Positions 54,723-64,000 of a stretch of 64,000 nucleotides of DNA are shown here, one piece after another (positions within the stretch are counted from its first letter, which is position 1; each line of letters opens with the position of its first letter). This DNA is from Mantamonas sphyraenae STR306 (Eukaryota; Protista; CRuMs): assembly GCA_026936335.1 (NCBI GenBank), contig JAPMXV010000010.1:124001-188000 (forward strand), in the 5' to 3' direction. Under the pieces are notes generated by a model. That model saw nothing but the letters and a program-made list of their open reading frames with translations, searched no databases and was not told where the DNA came from. The position numbers and the translations under genes were made by a program.

Positions 54723-57517
54723 ACACGACCAGGGCCGTCCAGCCGGTGAACGGGTGAGAGCGTTGGCCGCGGCCTGTGTCACCGTTGTAGTTTTCGTAGA
54801 GGAAGCCCTGGTTGCGGTAGACACGATGGATGTTGTCCACCAGGTTGGAGGCCAAACGAGAGGCCAATTGGGCACACTGGGCTTGGTAGGGACCACGCTT
54901 GGAGGCGTAGTGACGCAATGCATCCCAGGCAAGGTAGTTGAGGTTGATCCAGATGGAACCACGCCAGTAGTCCTCCTTGGTGCCATACAGGGGACTGGCA
55001 CGAGACAGGGAACGCAATCCATAGTCGCTCCACAGCTTGTCCTTGTCTGCCAACAGCGTCAAGGTGCCTCCCAACGCGGGGTCGTCGGCATGCAACAGTT
55101 TGAGCAGCAGAGGGAACAGACTGACATAACCCTGGTGCTCCACATGGACCAATCGCACCGATCCTGTCTCTGCATCCATGTGTTCCACGAGGTCGCAGAA
55201 CGACTGCGTGCGTGGGTTCCAATGTTCCTTCAACCGTGCCAGCATCCGTGTTTCGTTCTCCACATACTCTGTGTCGTCGTGGCCCAATGCACGTGCCATC
55301 TGACCCATGATCCGTGATGTCATGGCCATCCACGCCTGCAGGTCCACGTGGCGTTCACGTGCAAGCACCTCCTCGTGCCGCGGGTAATCGTCCAGTCCTG
55401 AGGTCAACGTGTGGTCGGGTGTACGTCCACTCCACTGAAACGTGTCCCTGGGTGACGTGCATGCCTGGCAGGCCTGTGTCTTGAGATACCATCGGTATTG
55501 TGTGCGCAGCAACGGGAACAACCGGCCAAAGTATTGCTTGTCAAACGCACGTGCGTTGCCACGACTATCCTCCATCAGCGTATGGATGGCCAGATACATG
55601 GTGGGTGGGTTTGCATACACATCCCGCTGCACTTGAAACTGGTCGGGCACCTTGGAGCGTGGCTCGGGGCCCAGGATCTGTTCGCGAGGGATCCACCCGT
55701 TGCTGTCCATGGTATTGTACCACGACATGATCACATCCTTCGACACCTCTGGGTCCCAGCGACTGACCAGCAGCTGGTGGAAGCCTTCATCCCACAGGAA
55801 CCCACGTGGGAAGAATGGACGCGATGGCACCGCAGTAAACAACTCCATGGGTGCTTGCATCCTGTCCTGAGTCTGATGGCTGTACTGTGCACGCCAATCA
55901 CCATAAAAGTAGCCCATTCCACCCAACATGTTGCTCAGCGCTGCCATTCCAGTCTCCATCTTGCTCTTGCTCACCTTTGCGCTGCTGCTGTTGTTGTCAT
56001 CATTGCCACGTTGTTGCTTCTCCTGCTTGGGCCCAAACACACGTGCGTAGCGCTGTTGAAAGGCTCGCGAGCGAGCGGTGATTTCCCGATCGAGGGAGGC
56101 ACCGCTGAGCTTGGCCACGTGTTTGGGCTTCACCTTTGCCTTTTCCGTGTCTTTGAGGGTAAACACCACGTCGAGGGTGAAAGGCACAGTGAGGGTGCGC
56201 TGCACCATGGCAAGCTGGTTCTTGGCAGCGCCGCCTTCCTGACGGTTGTCCAGTGTCACACTGCGTGTCCACACACGCGACAGTTCCTGTTGGTTGCTGA
56301 GGTCGACAATCGGGGAGAGGGGAGGGAGAGGGTTAGCATGGCTCATGTGTATGGTAGGAATTGGGTGTGAGGGGGAGGACGTACAACAACTGCTTTGCGT
56401 TCTCACCACGTCGCTTGTTCTCTGCTTCCTGCTTCCGTTGGGTTGCTGTAAAGATGGTGTTGTAGTTGCGATTGAATGTCTTTGTCATGCATCGTTGGGC
56501 CTCCTCCTTGGCCCTCCAGGGGTCTTGTGTGCGCACCCCAGCATAGTTCCACTTGTCCCCCGTACCCAGGTGTCGTTTCAGGAATGCCAGATTGCTGGGC
56601 AGCAGTTTGGGACTGGTGTTTCCCTTGTGATCCACCACACTCATGGCATAGTGTCCCATGTCTGTGTCATACCCGGTGATCTCGGGAGACCCACTCAGTG
56701 GCTTGTTGCTGCGACCCCCCTGCACCTTGAGTCCACCCTGTTCAGCTGCGGCATAGAACAGCACACTCAGGTTCCTTGTTCCTTGCCCTCCTCCTCCTCC
56801 CCCTCCTCCTCCTCCAAGGGCTCGCACAGACACTCGCTGTGTCCACTCGCCCCCTCGTCGTTGCACATCGCTCAACTCTTCTTCTTCCTTGCTACTGCTG
56901 TTGTGGTTATTGTTGTTGTTGTTGTTGTTGATATCTTTGCTTCCACTGCTTCCCACCTGCCATCCATCGTCCTCAAAGTGGTGTTTGACCCACCATGACG
57001 ATACCACAACCCCATTGGCTTGGTCCACAATCTCCTGGTGGCCGTACGTCCGGCCGTCGTGTTCCACCCACCCGTACTTGGCCATGCGATCGTTCTCCTC
57101 GCACGTATGTCGCATGTCTGTGGTTTCCACACACACACCGTGCCCGTGTGAGCATGTTATGGTCACATGTGTGCTGTCAAACGGTGATGCAATCGCATGC
57201 AACGGTGTGGTGGAGGTACACGGGAGGAGGCGTGCGTCGTCGGATGACGACATCTCTGCACACACAAAAAACCTACTGCTGATTCCGTCCCTGCTGTCGG
57301 CGTCATACCACATGAAGCCCGTGAGGAGGCTGCTCTTGCTACGTGTACGTGCGCCAATGTAGACGTTGGGTCTGTATGTGCCCCAGTGCATCTGTGCAGC
57401 GTACGCTTTGTTGGCGAGCGGATTGGCCGCCGAGTGGCCCACGAGCAAAAGGAGCACACCCATCGTCAGTGCCACAAAGAGCACACACACGCCTTCGCGT
57501 CCCTGTTGCTTGGCCAT
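54706..57517 (-). CDS. MOGS: Mannosyl-oligosaccharide glucosidase I (GH63); 3 exons
   Basis: WGTYRP, MRHTCEE, YGWVEHDGR, AVPSRPFFPRGFLWDEGFH, GWIPREQILG, TLTSGLDDYPR, YWRGSIWINLNY, FTGWTALV. Introns 57276-57118 and 56384-56297. Confidence 0.95.
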
Positions 57518-57668
57518 GCGTCGAATGGAGTGATGAATGTGTGCGTGTGTTGAATGCTGCTCAGTGTCCGTTCGTCGTCGTCGGCGCTGCTGCTGGTGTC
57601 GTCGGGGGTGCTGGTGGCTTTGCGGCGTTGGGCCAAATCCATCCAAACACAAAAACGGTTGGCTGGCC

Positions 57669-60600
57669 ATGAGCAACAAGGGAGGGGACTCGGCAGTGGC
57701 AGCAGAGGTGGCCAAGAAGTTGGTGGTGCTGAAGAAGGCGTACCGTACGCTCAAGGCCCAGCATGACGAAACGGTGGCCACTTTGGAGCGTGTGCAGGGC
57801 GAGCTCGACCAGGCAAATGCCCAGCTGGAGGAACGTAGGGCCATGGAACAGGAACAACAGGGCACCCAGGTGCCAGACACAGACGACAGCGACGCCTTGG
57901 CACAGGCAGACAATGGTCCACAGGCCCAACAAGGCCCACAGGCGTCCGAAAGCACAGCCCACGAGGGCGACGATTCCTTTCCGGATCTGAGCCGACAAGA
58001 CCTGGCACGTATGTGCAAACAACTGCAGGACCAGGTGGATGAGTTGATGCGCAGCAACACGAGTGGTATGGGCAACCCACAAAGCACCCTAAATGGTGGT
58101 GGAATGGAGGAGTCCACCGTGGTGGGACGTCTTCAGCATCAACAACAACACGCACACGAGACGGCGGGGGCACCGGAGGGCGCGTCGCCTGGCGCAAACA
58201 GCAGCACCTCGTTGGGGTCCTCACTGAACAAAAAGTCGCGCAGTCTGTGGGAGGCCGCAGGGGTGACGTCACGCAACGACAGTTTGACACGTGTGAGCAA
58301 AGACCTGTCCCAGGGCTTCGACTCGCTAAGCAAGAGTTTTCAACGCATTCGCTCGTCCACGGTCACGGGCGCCACGGGCACCGGGACACACCAGGACCAC
58401 CTGTTGGAGAAGCAGGATCATGTGGAGCAGGCAGGTGGCACACAGACCTCTGCTCTGACGGCATCGTTGCTGCAGGAGGGAAGCACAGGGAGTCACGGCG
58501 AACCGGAGAGGGAAACCCAGGACCGCAGCGGCTCCTCGTTCAAGACTCTGTTCAACAGTGTGTCGGAAGCCGCGCAGAAGGCAGCCAAGAGTGCAGAGGG
58601 CAGTTTGGGTCGATCTCCAGGAGGGCATGCGAGTGCCTCGGGCTCGAAAATGGCCTCTTTGCTCGATTCACCCACCTGGGCCTCAGAGGCAGCCAGCGAA
58701 CCCAGCAGCGCAAGTGCAAGTGCAGACGAGGAGCAACAGCAGCAGCCACAACCAACACAACAGCCACAACAACAACCACATGGGGAGAAGCAGGTGGAGG
58801 AGAAGGCGACGGAATCAACAAGCAGCAGCAGCAGCAGCAACAGTGGTGGCGGCGGGGGTGACGGGGCAGCCTCTTCGCCGAAAATCAGCCAAAAGGCGAA
58901 GCTTGTATTGCTGAAAAAGACGGTGAGGGAGCTGCAGGCGAACAAGGAAGCCATGGGCAAGGATGCAGAGTTGATGAAGGCGGCGATTATGAAGTTGAAG
59001 GCAGGACGGAAGGAGGCAAAGCGAGGGGAGGTGCGTGCCAAGCAGGAGAGCGAGGCACTGATGATTCGATGCAACGACCTGTATGCACAGATCCAAAGGT
59101 TAAAGAAGAGCGAGGCAGGGCAGGAGGAGTTGGTGGTCAACCGGCAAGGGTTGCCCTCGGTGCGTGTGAGCACATCCAGCTTCCACCACGAGTTTAGCCA
59201 ACTGTTGGGCATGTGGTTGGGAGGTGGTGCAGGCAACCAACAGGAGGGAGGCAATGATGATGGCGATGAGGAGAAGGGACAGGAAGAGGAGGCAATTGCT
59301 TTGTTGCACCAGCTGGCAGATGTGCGCATTGGGTTGTTGCACCAACACCCGCAGGATGGACGGGATGAGATGGAGGAGCAAGAGGGTGTGGCTGTGCATC
59401 GATTGGTCATGTTGGCACGCTGCAGCCACTTGCGACGCAGCGACTTTGTGGGGCACAATTCCGAGACGGACGGGGTGTATGTGCTGCCTGTGGACGCCAA
59501 GGAGGGGATGCAGGAAGCAGACGCAGAGACCCTGGGTCGCTTTGTGGAGTACATTTACACCGATAGTGTGCAGTTCCCATCGGGGGAGGAGGAGGCGTTG
59601 GACGCAAGTCTGAAGTTGATGGATCTGGCGGCCGGGATGCACACGGCGCGTCTGATTGAACTGTGCGAGGTGCAGGTGGCCAGAATGCTCAGCGACGACA
59701 ACCTGCAACTGATCACACAACGCCTGGACCACAACCCGTCTGCCATGCAACTGAAGCAGTTGTGCACGTCGTACGCGGTGCGTCGTCTGGAACGGGCAGC
59801 GCAATCGGGAGGCGGCGTGCCTGCTGCCATGGATGGCCTGTCGCCCAGCTTTGTGGCAGACATGTACCGTGCCAAGACAGAGTACCCTGTGCACATGGCG
59901 GTGGAGGAGGGACGAGCCGACGTGTTGCAGGTGCTGCTTGCCCAGGGGATCGATGTGGATGGGGTGCGTGGGGCAGAGGGGGAGGAGGAGGAGGAGGAGG
60001 AAGATGAAGGAGAAGAGGACAGTGGGCCCACCGTGGCATTGAGGACAGTGGCTGTTGCATTGGACACCCCATTGCGACTTGCACTGTGGCAGCAGCGTGG
60101 TGAGAAGGGACAGGAGATGGCACAGGTGCTGGTGAACAAGGGGGCCAATGTGAATCTGCAAGCAAGCGCACAGGCAGGTGGGCAGAGTCTGCTGCATGAG
60201 GCAGCACGTGCGGAGGATGAGGAGGCACAGGCACGCGTCTCGTTTCTGTTGGCACACGGTGCAGACGCATCGTTGCAGGATGCACTGGGCAACACGGCGT
60301 TGCATGTGGCAGCCACACACGGATGCAAGGCTCAAGTGGAGGCGTTGGTGGCTGGAGGGGCACCTGTGGGTGCAGCAAATGCCCAGGGCCACACAGCGCT
60401 GGTGGCAGCCATGATGGAGGGCAACGCAGACTGTGTGCGTGTGCTTGCAGCACAGGGCAAGGAGGCACAGGAGGGTGGATTGCATGTGGCGTGTCGTTTG
60501 GGAGACACAGAGAGTGTGCAAGTGTTGCTGGAGAATGGCGCCGACGCAGGGGTTGTGGACGCAGGAGGGCGCACCCCTCTGCACACGGCGTTGGCCAACG

Positions 60601-62324
60601 AACACATGGGGTGCACACGTGCCCTGTTGGCCAGTGGCCAATGCAACGTGGAGCAACGCGATGCACAGGGACTCACGCCACTCATGCTTGCGTTGTGGAC
60701 GCACAGCGAGGGCTCCATGGCGCTGGCCAAGCTGCTGGTGGACGAGGGCGGTGCCAACGTGAATGGAATGGCCAACGCAGAGACAGAGGCAGAAGAGAAT
60801 GAGACGGGGACACAGCAGCAGCAGCAGCAGGAGGAGACGGGTGTGGAGGAGGATGACGCCGGTGGGAGGTACCTGCACGCAGCAGCAAGCGAGAACAAGC
60901 CGGAAGTGGTGCACCAATTGTTGGAATTGGGCGCAGATGCAACGTTGGTGGACAAGCGAGGACGAACAGCGGCCCATGTGGCGTGTGCCATGGGTCACGC
61001 AGCCACACTGGGCATCCTGGTGCAATTCGACGGGGCACGGCAGCTGAGCAGTGTGGACAGCCAGGAGAGGACGCCATTGCACGTGGCTGTGTCTGCAGGC
61101 CACATGGACGTGGTCAGTGTGATTGCCACGCACCAACCTCGGCCGGATGTGAACGCACGCGATGCGCAAGGGGAAACGGCGTTGCAAATGGCTCTGTGGG
61201 CGGGACGGGAGGACATGGCAGAGGTGTTGGTTGCATCGGGAGCGATGTTGGATGGCACGGACGAGCGAGGGAACACCCTGATGCACATGGGAGCCATGGA
61301 GCGCAAGGAGACGGTGGTGAGTTTTCTGGTGCGTGCGGGGGCATCCATCGACAAGTTGAACAAGAGCCACCAGACGGCGTTGCATGTGGCTGTCAAGGCA
61401 GGGGCGGTGGAGTGCATGCAAGTGTTGTTGGACAATGGGGCACAGCCAGACGTGACGGACAAGGCAGGCAACACGGCGTTGATGTACGCATGCCTGGCCA
61501 CGGAGGAACGCGCACAGGAGCTGGTGACGCTGTTGGTGAACAACCAGGCACGCACGGATGTGGCGGATGCACGTGGACACACACCGTTGCATGTGGCTGT
61601 GGAGAACAGCAATGTGACGGTGGCAGCATTGCTGCTTGCCTCGGGGGCAGACCCCAACGTGGTGAACGACAAACACCACACCCCGTTGCACCTGTTGGCA
61701 GAGATCAGTGGTGGCGACCCTGGCCTGTGTGGTCTGTTGCTGGAGAGTGGGGCGGACGCAAATGCAGCGGACAACGCAGGGAACACGCCGTTGCATCTGG
61801 CGGCGTTTAACCTGCGTGGGTCGCTGGTGGGACCCATGATCTTTGGTGGGGCCAGTGTGAACCGACCCAACCACGAGGGCAACACCCCGTTGGACATGGA
61901 GATGCACGGGGCCACCCACGAGGGCTTTGACACGGTCAAGGCCAGGGAGGTGAAGACCACAATGCTGCAGAACATCCCACGTGAACCAGAGTGGCTGGAT
62001 GACAAGGACATGTCCTCGTGTCAGGTGTGTCGCACCACGTTCACCCTCACCACACGCAAACACCACTGCAGGCACTGCGGTCGTCTGGTCTGCAAGCGTT
62101 GCTCCCCCAACGAGATGGTCATTGCCAAGTTTGGCCTCACCAAGAAGGAGCGTGTCTGTGTCGAGTGTGAGGTTGTCCTCAAGCAACAATCGGGCATTGC
62201 CCAACGCCAGCAAAGCGATTCCGGGGGCTCCTCCTCCTCCTCCTCGGGAGCCTCTCGGCTTCCTCGTCGGGATCATCCTCGAAAAAGTCATCCAAAACCG
62301 GATCAGGAAGGCGAAGGTGATTGA
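57669..62324 (+). CDS. ANKFY1: Rabankyrin-5/ANKFY1-like protein (coiled coil, BTB, ankyrin repeats, FYVE)
   Basis: BTB (VHRLVMLARC, FVEYIYTD), more than 15 G.TPLH/TALH ankyrin repeats, FYVE WLDD..CQVC..RKHHCRHCG..RVC. Confidence 0.88.
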   Translation: MSNKGGDSAVAAEVAKKLVVLKKAYRTLKAQHDETVATLERVQGELDQANAQLEERRAMEQEQQGTQVPDTDDSDALAQADNGPQAQQGPQASESTAHEGDDSFPDLSRQDLARMCKQLQDQVDELMRSNTSGMGNPQSTLNGGGMEESTVVGRLQHQQQHAHETAGAPEGASPGANSSTSLGSSLNKKSRSLWEAAGVTSRNDSLTRVSKDLSQGFDSLSKSFQRIRSSTVTGATGTGTHQDHLLEKQDHVEQAGGTQTSALTASLLQEGSTGSHGEPERETQDRSGSSFKTLFNSVSEAAQKAAKSAEGSLGRSPGGHASASGSKMASLLDSPTWASEAASEPSSASASADEEQQQQPQPTQQPQQQPHGEKQVEEKATESTSSSSSSNSGGGGGDGAASSPKISQKAKLVLLKKTVRELQANKEAMGKDAELMKAAIMKLKAGRKEAKRGEVRAKQESEALMIRCNDLYAQIQRLKKSEAGQEELVVNRQGLPSVRVSTSSFHHEFSQLLGMWLGGGAGNQQEGGNDDGDEEKGQEEEAIALLHQLADVRIGLLHQHPQDGRDEMEEQEGVAVHRLVMLARCSHLRRSDFVGHNSETDGVYVLPVDAKEGMQEADAETLGRFVEYIYTDSVQFPSGEEEALDASLKLMDLAAGMHTARLIELCEVQVARMLSDDNLQLITQRLDHNPSAMQLKQLCTSYAVRRLERAAQSGGGVPAAMDGLSPSFVADMYRAKTEYPVHMAVEEGRADVLQVLLAQGIDVDGVRGAEGEEEEEEEDEGEEDSGPTVALRTVAVALDTPLRLALWQQRGEKGQEMAQVLVNKGANVNLQASAQAGGQSLLHEAARAEDEEAQARVSFLLAHGADASLQDALGNTALHVAATHGCKAQVEALVAGGAPVGAANAQGHTALVAAMMEGNADCVRVLAAQGKEAQEGGLHVACRLGDTESVQVLLENGADAGVVDAGGRTPLHTALANEHMGCTRALLASGQCNVEQRDAQGLTPLMLALWTHSEGSMALAKLLVDEGGANVNGMANAETEAEENETGTQQQQQQEETGVEEDDAGGRYLHAAASENKPEVVHQLLELGADATLVDKRGRTAAHVACAMGHAATLGILVQFDGARQLSSVDSQERTPLHVAVSAGHMDVVSVIATHQPRPDVNARDAQGETALQMALWAGREDMAEVLVASGAMLDGTDERGNTLMHMGAMERKETVVSFLVRAGASIDKLNKSHQTALHVAVKAGAVECMQVLLDNGAQPDVTDKAGNTALMYACLATEERAQELVTLLVNNQARTDVADARGHTPLHVAVENSNVTVAALLLASGADPNVVNDKHHTPLHLLAEISGGDPGLCGLLLESGADANAADNAGNTPLHLAAFNLRGSLVGPMIFGGASVNRPNHEGNTPLDMEMHGATHEGFDTVKAREVKTTMLQNIPREPEWLDDKDMSSCQVCRTTFTLTTRKHHCRHCGRLVCKRCSPNEMVIAKFGLTKKERVCVECEVVLKQQSGIAQRQQSDSGGSSSSSSGASRLPRRDHPRKSHPKPDQEGEGD

Positions 62325-62358
62325 GAGAGAGAGAGTGTGTGTGTGTGTGTGTGTGTGT
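62323..62358. repeat. Compound (GA)n(GT)n microsatellite after the ANKFY1-like stop
   Basis: Direct reading. Confidence 0.9.
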
Positions 62359-62442
62359 GAAGGGAACACACGGATGGAGGGTGTGTGTGTGTCATAGGGT
62401 GCAATGAATGGCGTCAATGCAGGCAACGCTTTCAGCTACGCA

Positions 62443-63384
62443 ATGTTCCGACGGGCCACGAGCAGCATCAGCAGCAGCACACGTGCGGTGTATGTCGAGG
62501 CACGCGCCGGATTGAGCACACACAGTCTGTGTGTGATGGAGGAGGGTGGAGAGCAGGGTGCCGGGCGTGGGCAGGTGTCAAAGGAAATGCGAGAGCGCTT
62601 CAACTTTACGGAGGGCAGTGGAGGACGTGGAGGGGGAGGACGAGGAGGACGGGGTGGGGGACGAGGAGGTGGAGGACGGGGACGTGGTAGGGGACGAGGA
62701 GGTGGACGTGGACGTGGACGAGGGGGACGTGGGCGAGGAGGAGGAGGAGGGGGAAGGGGACGGGGACGGCAACCACGGGAGCAGCAGGGGGAAGAGATCT
62801 ACGAGCCGGCTGAGGAACGGTACGGACAGCAACAGCAGCAGGGACACAAGTGGACGGAGGACATGGATCACAGCATGTTTGAAGACGCATTGGAGGACGA
62901 GGGAGGACTGGGAGGGTCGTCGTCGGGCACAGGCAAGACGGCGCAGGTGAGCGGACGCAACGCACGCATGCAGTCGCGCTCGGGGTTGCATCGCACAGGC
63001 AAGCTCAATGTACAGGGATCACGGGACGCACTGGCACGACGCAGGAACAGGCCAGCCCCCAAGTTTGTCACGCTCGAGTCCAGTCTGGACGAGCTCAACT
63101 TTGACAACGAAGACGAGCTGGCGGCCGAATCCGCCGCTGCCGCCTCGGGCGCCTCCGCTGACGGCAGCAGCGACAGTGGCGAGTCTGTGAAGCAGCAGCT
63201 GATGGTCTTGCAGACACAGGCTGGAGTGCAGAGTGCATGGGCGCAGCAGAGTCTGGATATGGCTGCCAAGGTGCTTGCACGCAACGGACGCTGGACATCA
63301 CAGGACAGGCTCTTTTTTATGAGCAACTGGGCGGATGATATCAAGGCCTATGATGAGGCACTTCAGCGAACAGGCGCAGGGTGA
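62443..63384 (+). CDS. RGG-rich protein with mitochondrial-presequence-like N-terminus
   Basis: MFRRATSSISSSTRAVY is R/S-rich. A long GRG/RGG tract and a helical C-terminus follow. Start uncertain. Confidence 0.6.
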   Translation: MFRRATSSISSSTRAVYVEARAGLSTHSLCVMEEGGEQGAGRGQVSKEMRERFNFTEGSGGRGGGGRGGRGGGRGGGGRGRGRGRGGGRGRGRGGRGRGGGGGGRGRGRQPREQQGEEIYEPAEERYGQQQQQGHKWTEDMDHSMFEDALEDEGGLGGSSSGTGKTAQVSGRNARMQSRSGLHRTGKLNVQGSRDALARRRNRPAPKFVTLESSLDELNFDNEDELAAESAAAASGASADGSSDSGESVKQQLMVLQTQAGVQSAWAQQSLDMAAKVLARNGRWTSQDRLFFMSNWADDIKAYDEALQRTGAG

Positions 63385-63555
63385 AGGGGAGGAAGAGGCT
63401 GCGTGAGTGGGGGAGGTGTGAGGAGGGTGTGGGGCGGCGTGGAATGGATTCTCTTCGTCGACGTTTGAGTTGTGCTGTGGATAGACAGTGGTGGTGTTGG
63501 TGTATCTGCTGTGACCTTCCCTTCCATTCCTTCTCTCTCTCTCCCTCTCTTCTCA

Positions 63556-64000
63556 TCACAACCCCAACGCAGTCATGGTGCTGGCCACCAGGGCGGCGTT
63601 GTTTGCACTGGCATTGCCCTTTGCAAACACCAGCAGCTTGCCATCCTCCAACCCGACCATGAGGTTATTCTGATCCGGGGTGATGGTCAGCGAATGCACG
63701 GGCGACTTGACGGGATACTTGTGCACAATGTCCAGCTCCGGCAAGCGACGCACAACCACGGTGGACTTTTCGCCGCCGGTGACCAGAAACTCGCCATTGC
63801 TGGTGACATCCATGGCCGTGAGGCGTTCGTAGGTGTCCTTGACATGCAGCAGCTTACCGTTGATGGAGTACACATGCAGCAGCAGGTCTTTCCACGAGTA
63901 GGCCACCACGAGGCCCTCGCTGCTCAACACCATCATGTTGATGGCCCCTCCGTTGGGACGGAACAGTGAGCGCACATACGTGCCCTGTCTCAGCGTGTGG
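63556..64000 (-). CDS. C-terminal WD40 repeats of a BEACH-domain (neurobeachin/Lvs-like) protein; partial
   Basis: HTLRQGTYVRS, LHVYSINGKLL, GEFLVTGG, LMVGLEDGKL are typical of BEACH protein C-termini. Confidence 0.75.
   Translation of the reverse strand, partial: HTLRQGTYVRSLFRPNGGAINMMVLSSEGLVVAYSWKDLLLHVYSINGKLLHVKDTYERLTAMDVTSNGEFLVTGGEKSTVVVRRLPELDIVHKYPVKSPVHSLTITPDQNNLMVGLEDGKLLVFAKGNASANNAALVASTMTALGL

Noticed and set aside
59100-62426. 1108-aa minus-strand ORF
   Set aside because: Antisense shadow of the ANKFY1-like ankyrin region.
1-64000. Alternative genetic code or stop-codon readthrough
   Set aside because: Conserved genes translate properly with the standard code and end at expected positions; the interruptions are frame changes, not in-frame stops.

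Overview
This is gene-dense, GC-rich eukaryotic (protist-like) nuclear DNA. It holds about 28 protein-coding genes with short GT-AG introns (about 90-330 nt, often with CA-rich 3' ends), very small intergenic gaps and (CA/TG)n microsatellites. I found no RNA genes, mobile elements or CRISPR arrays. Most genes are housekeeping: ABCF2, pirin, PIP kinase, MFS, PIG-T, SCAMP, VAMP7, TANGO6/Rtp1, importin-beta, Furry/Tao3-like, NPRL3, glucosidase I, ANKFY1-like and a BEACH-WD40 C-terminus. The standout is the 20.9-34.7 kb cluster. It contains three intronless paralogues of a ~1,230-1,295 aa fusion [TM anchor]-[divergent cytochrome P450]-[F-box]-[STM4015-type bacterial-like LRR]. Between them lie two NEDD8/ubiquitin-like genes lacking the C-terminal Gly-Gly and a LAMP-like membrane protein gene. 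The cluster is a candidate ligand/heme-gated, membrane-anchored SCF substrate receptor system. Other unusual architectures are a cysteine desulfurase-TtcA fusion, a copine-ARM fusion and a Furry-like protein with two RPEL motifs. Seven frameshifts interrupt otherwise intact genes, and the locatable ones are all a missing sense-strand C (assembly error or recoding/editing). All family calls come from motifs recognised by eye; no database search was run.
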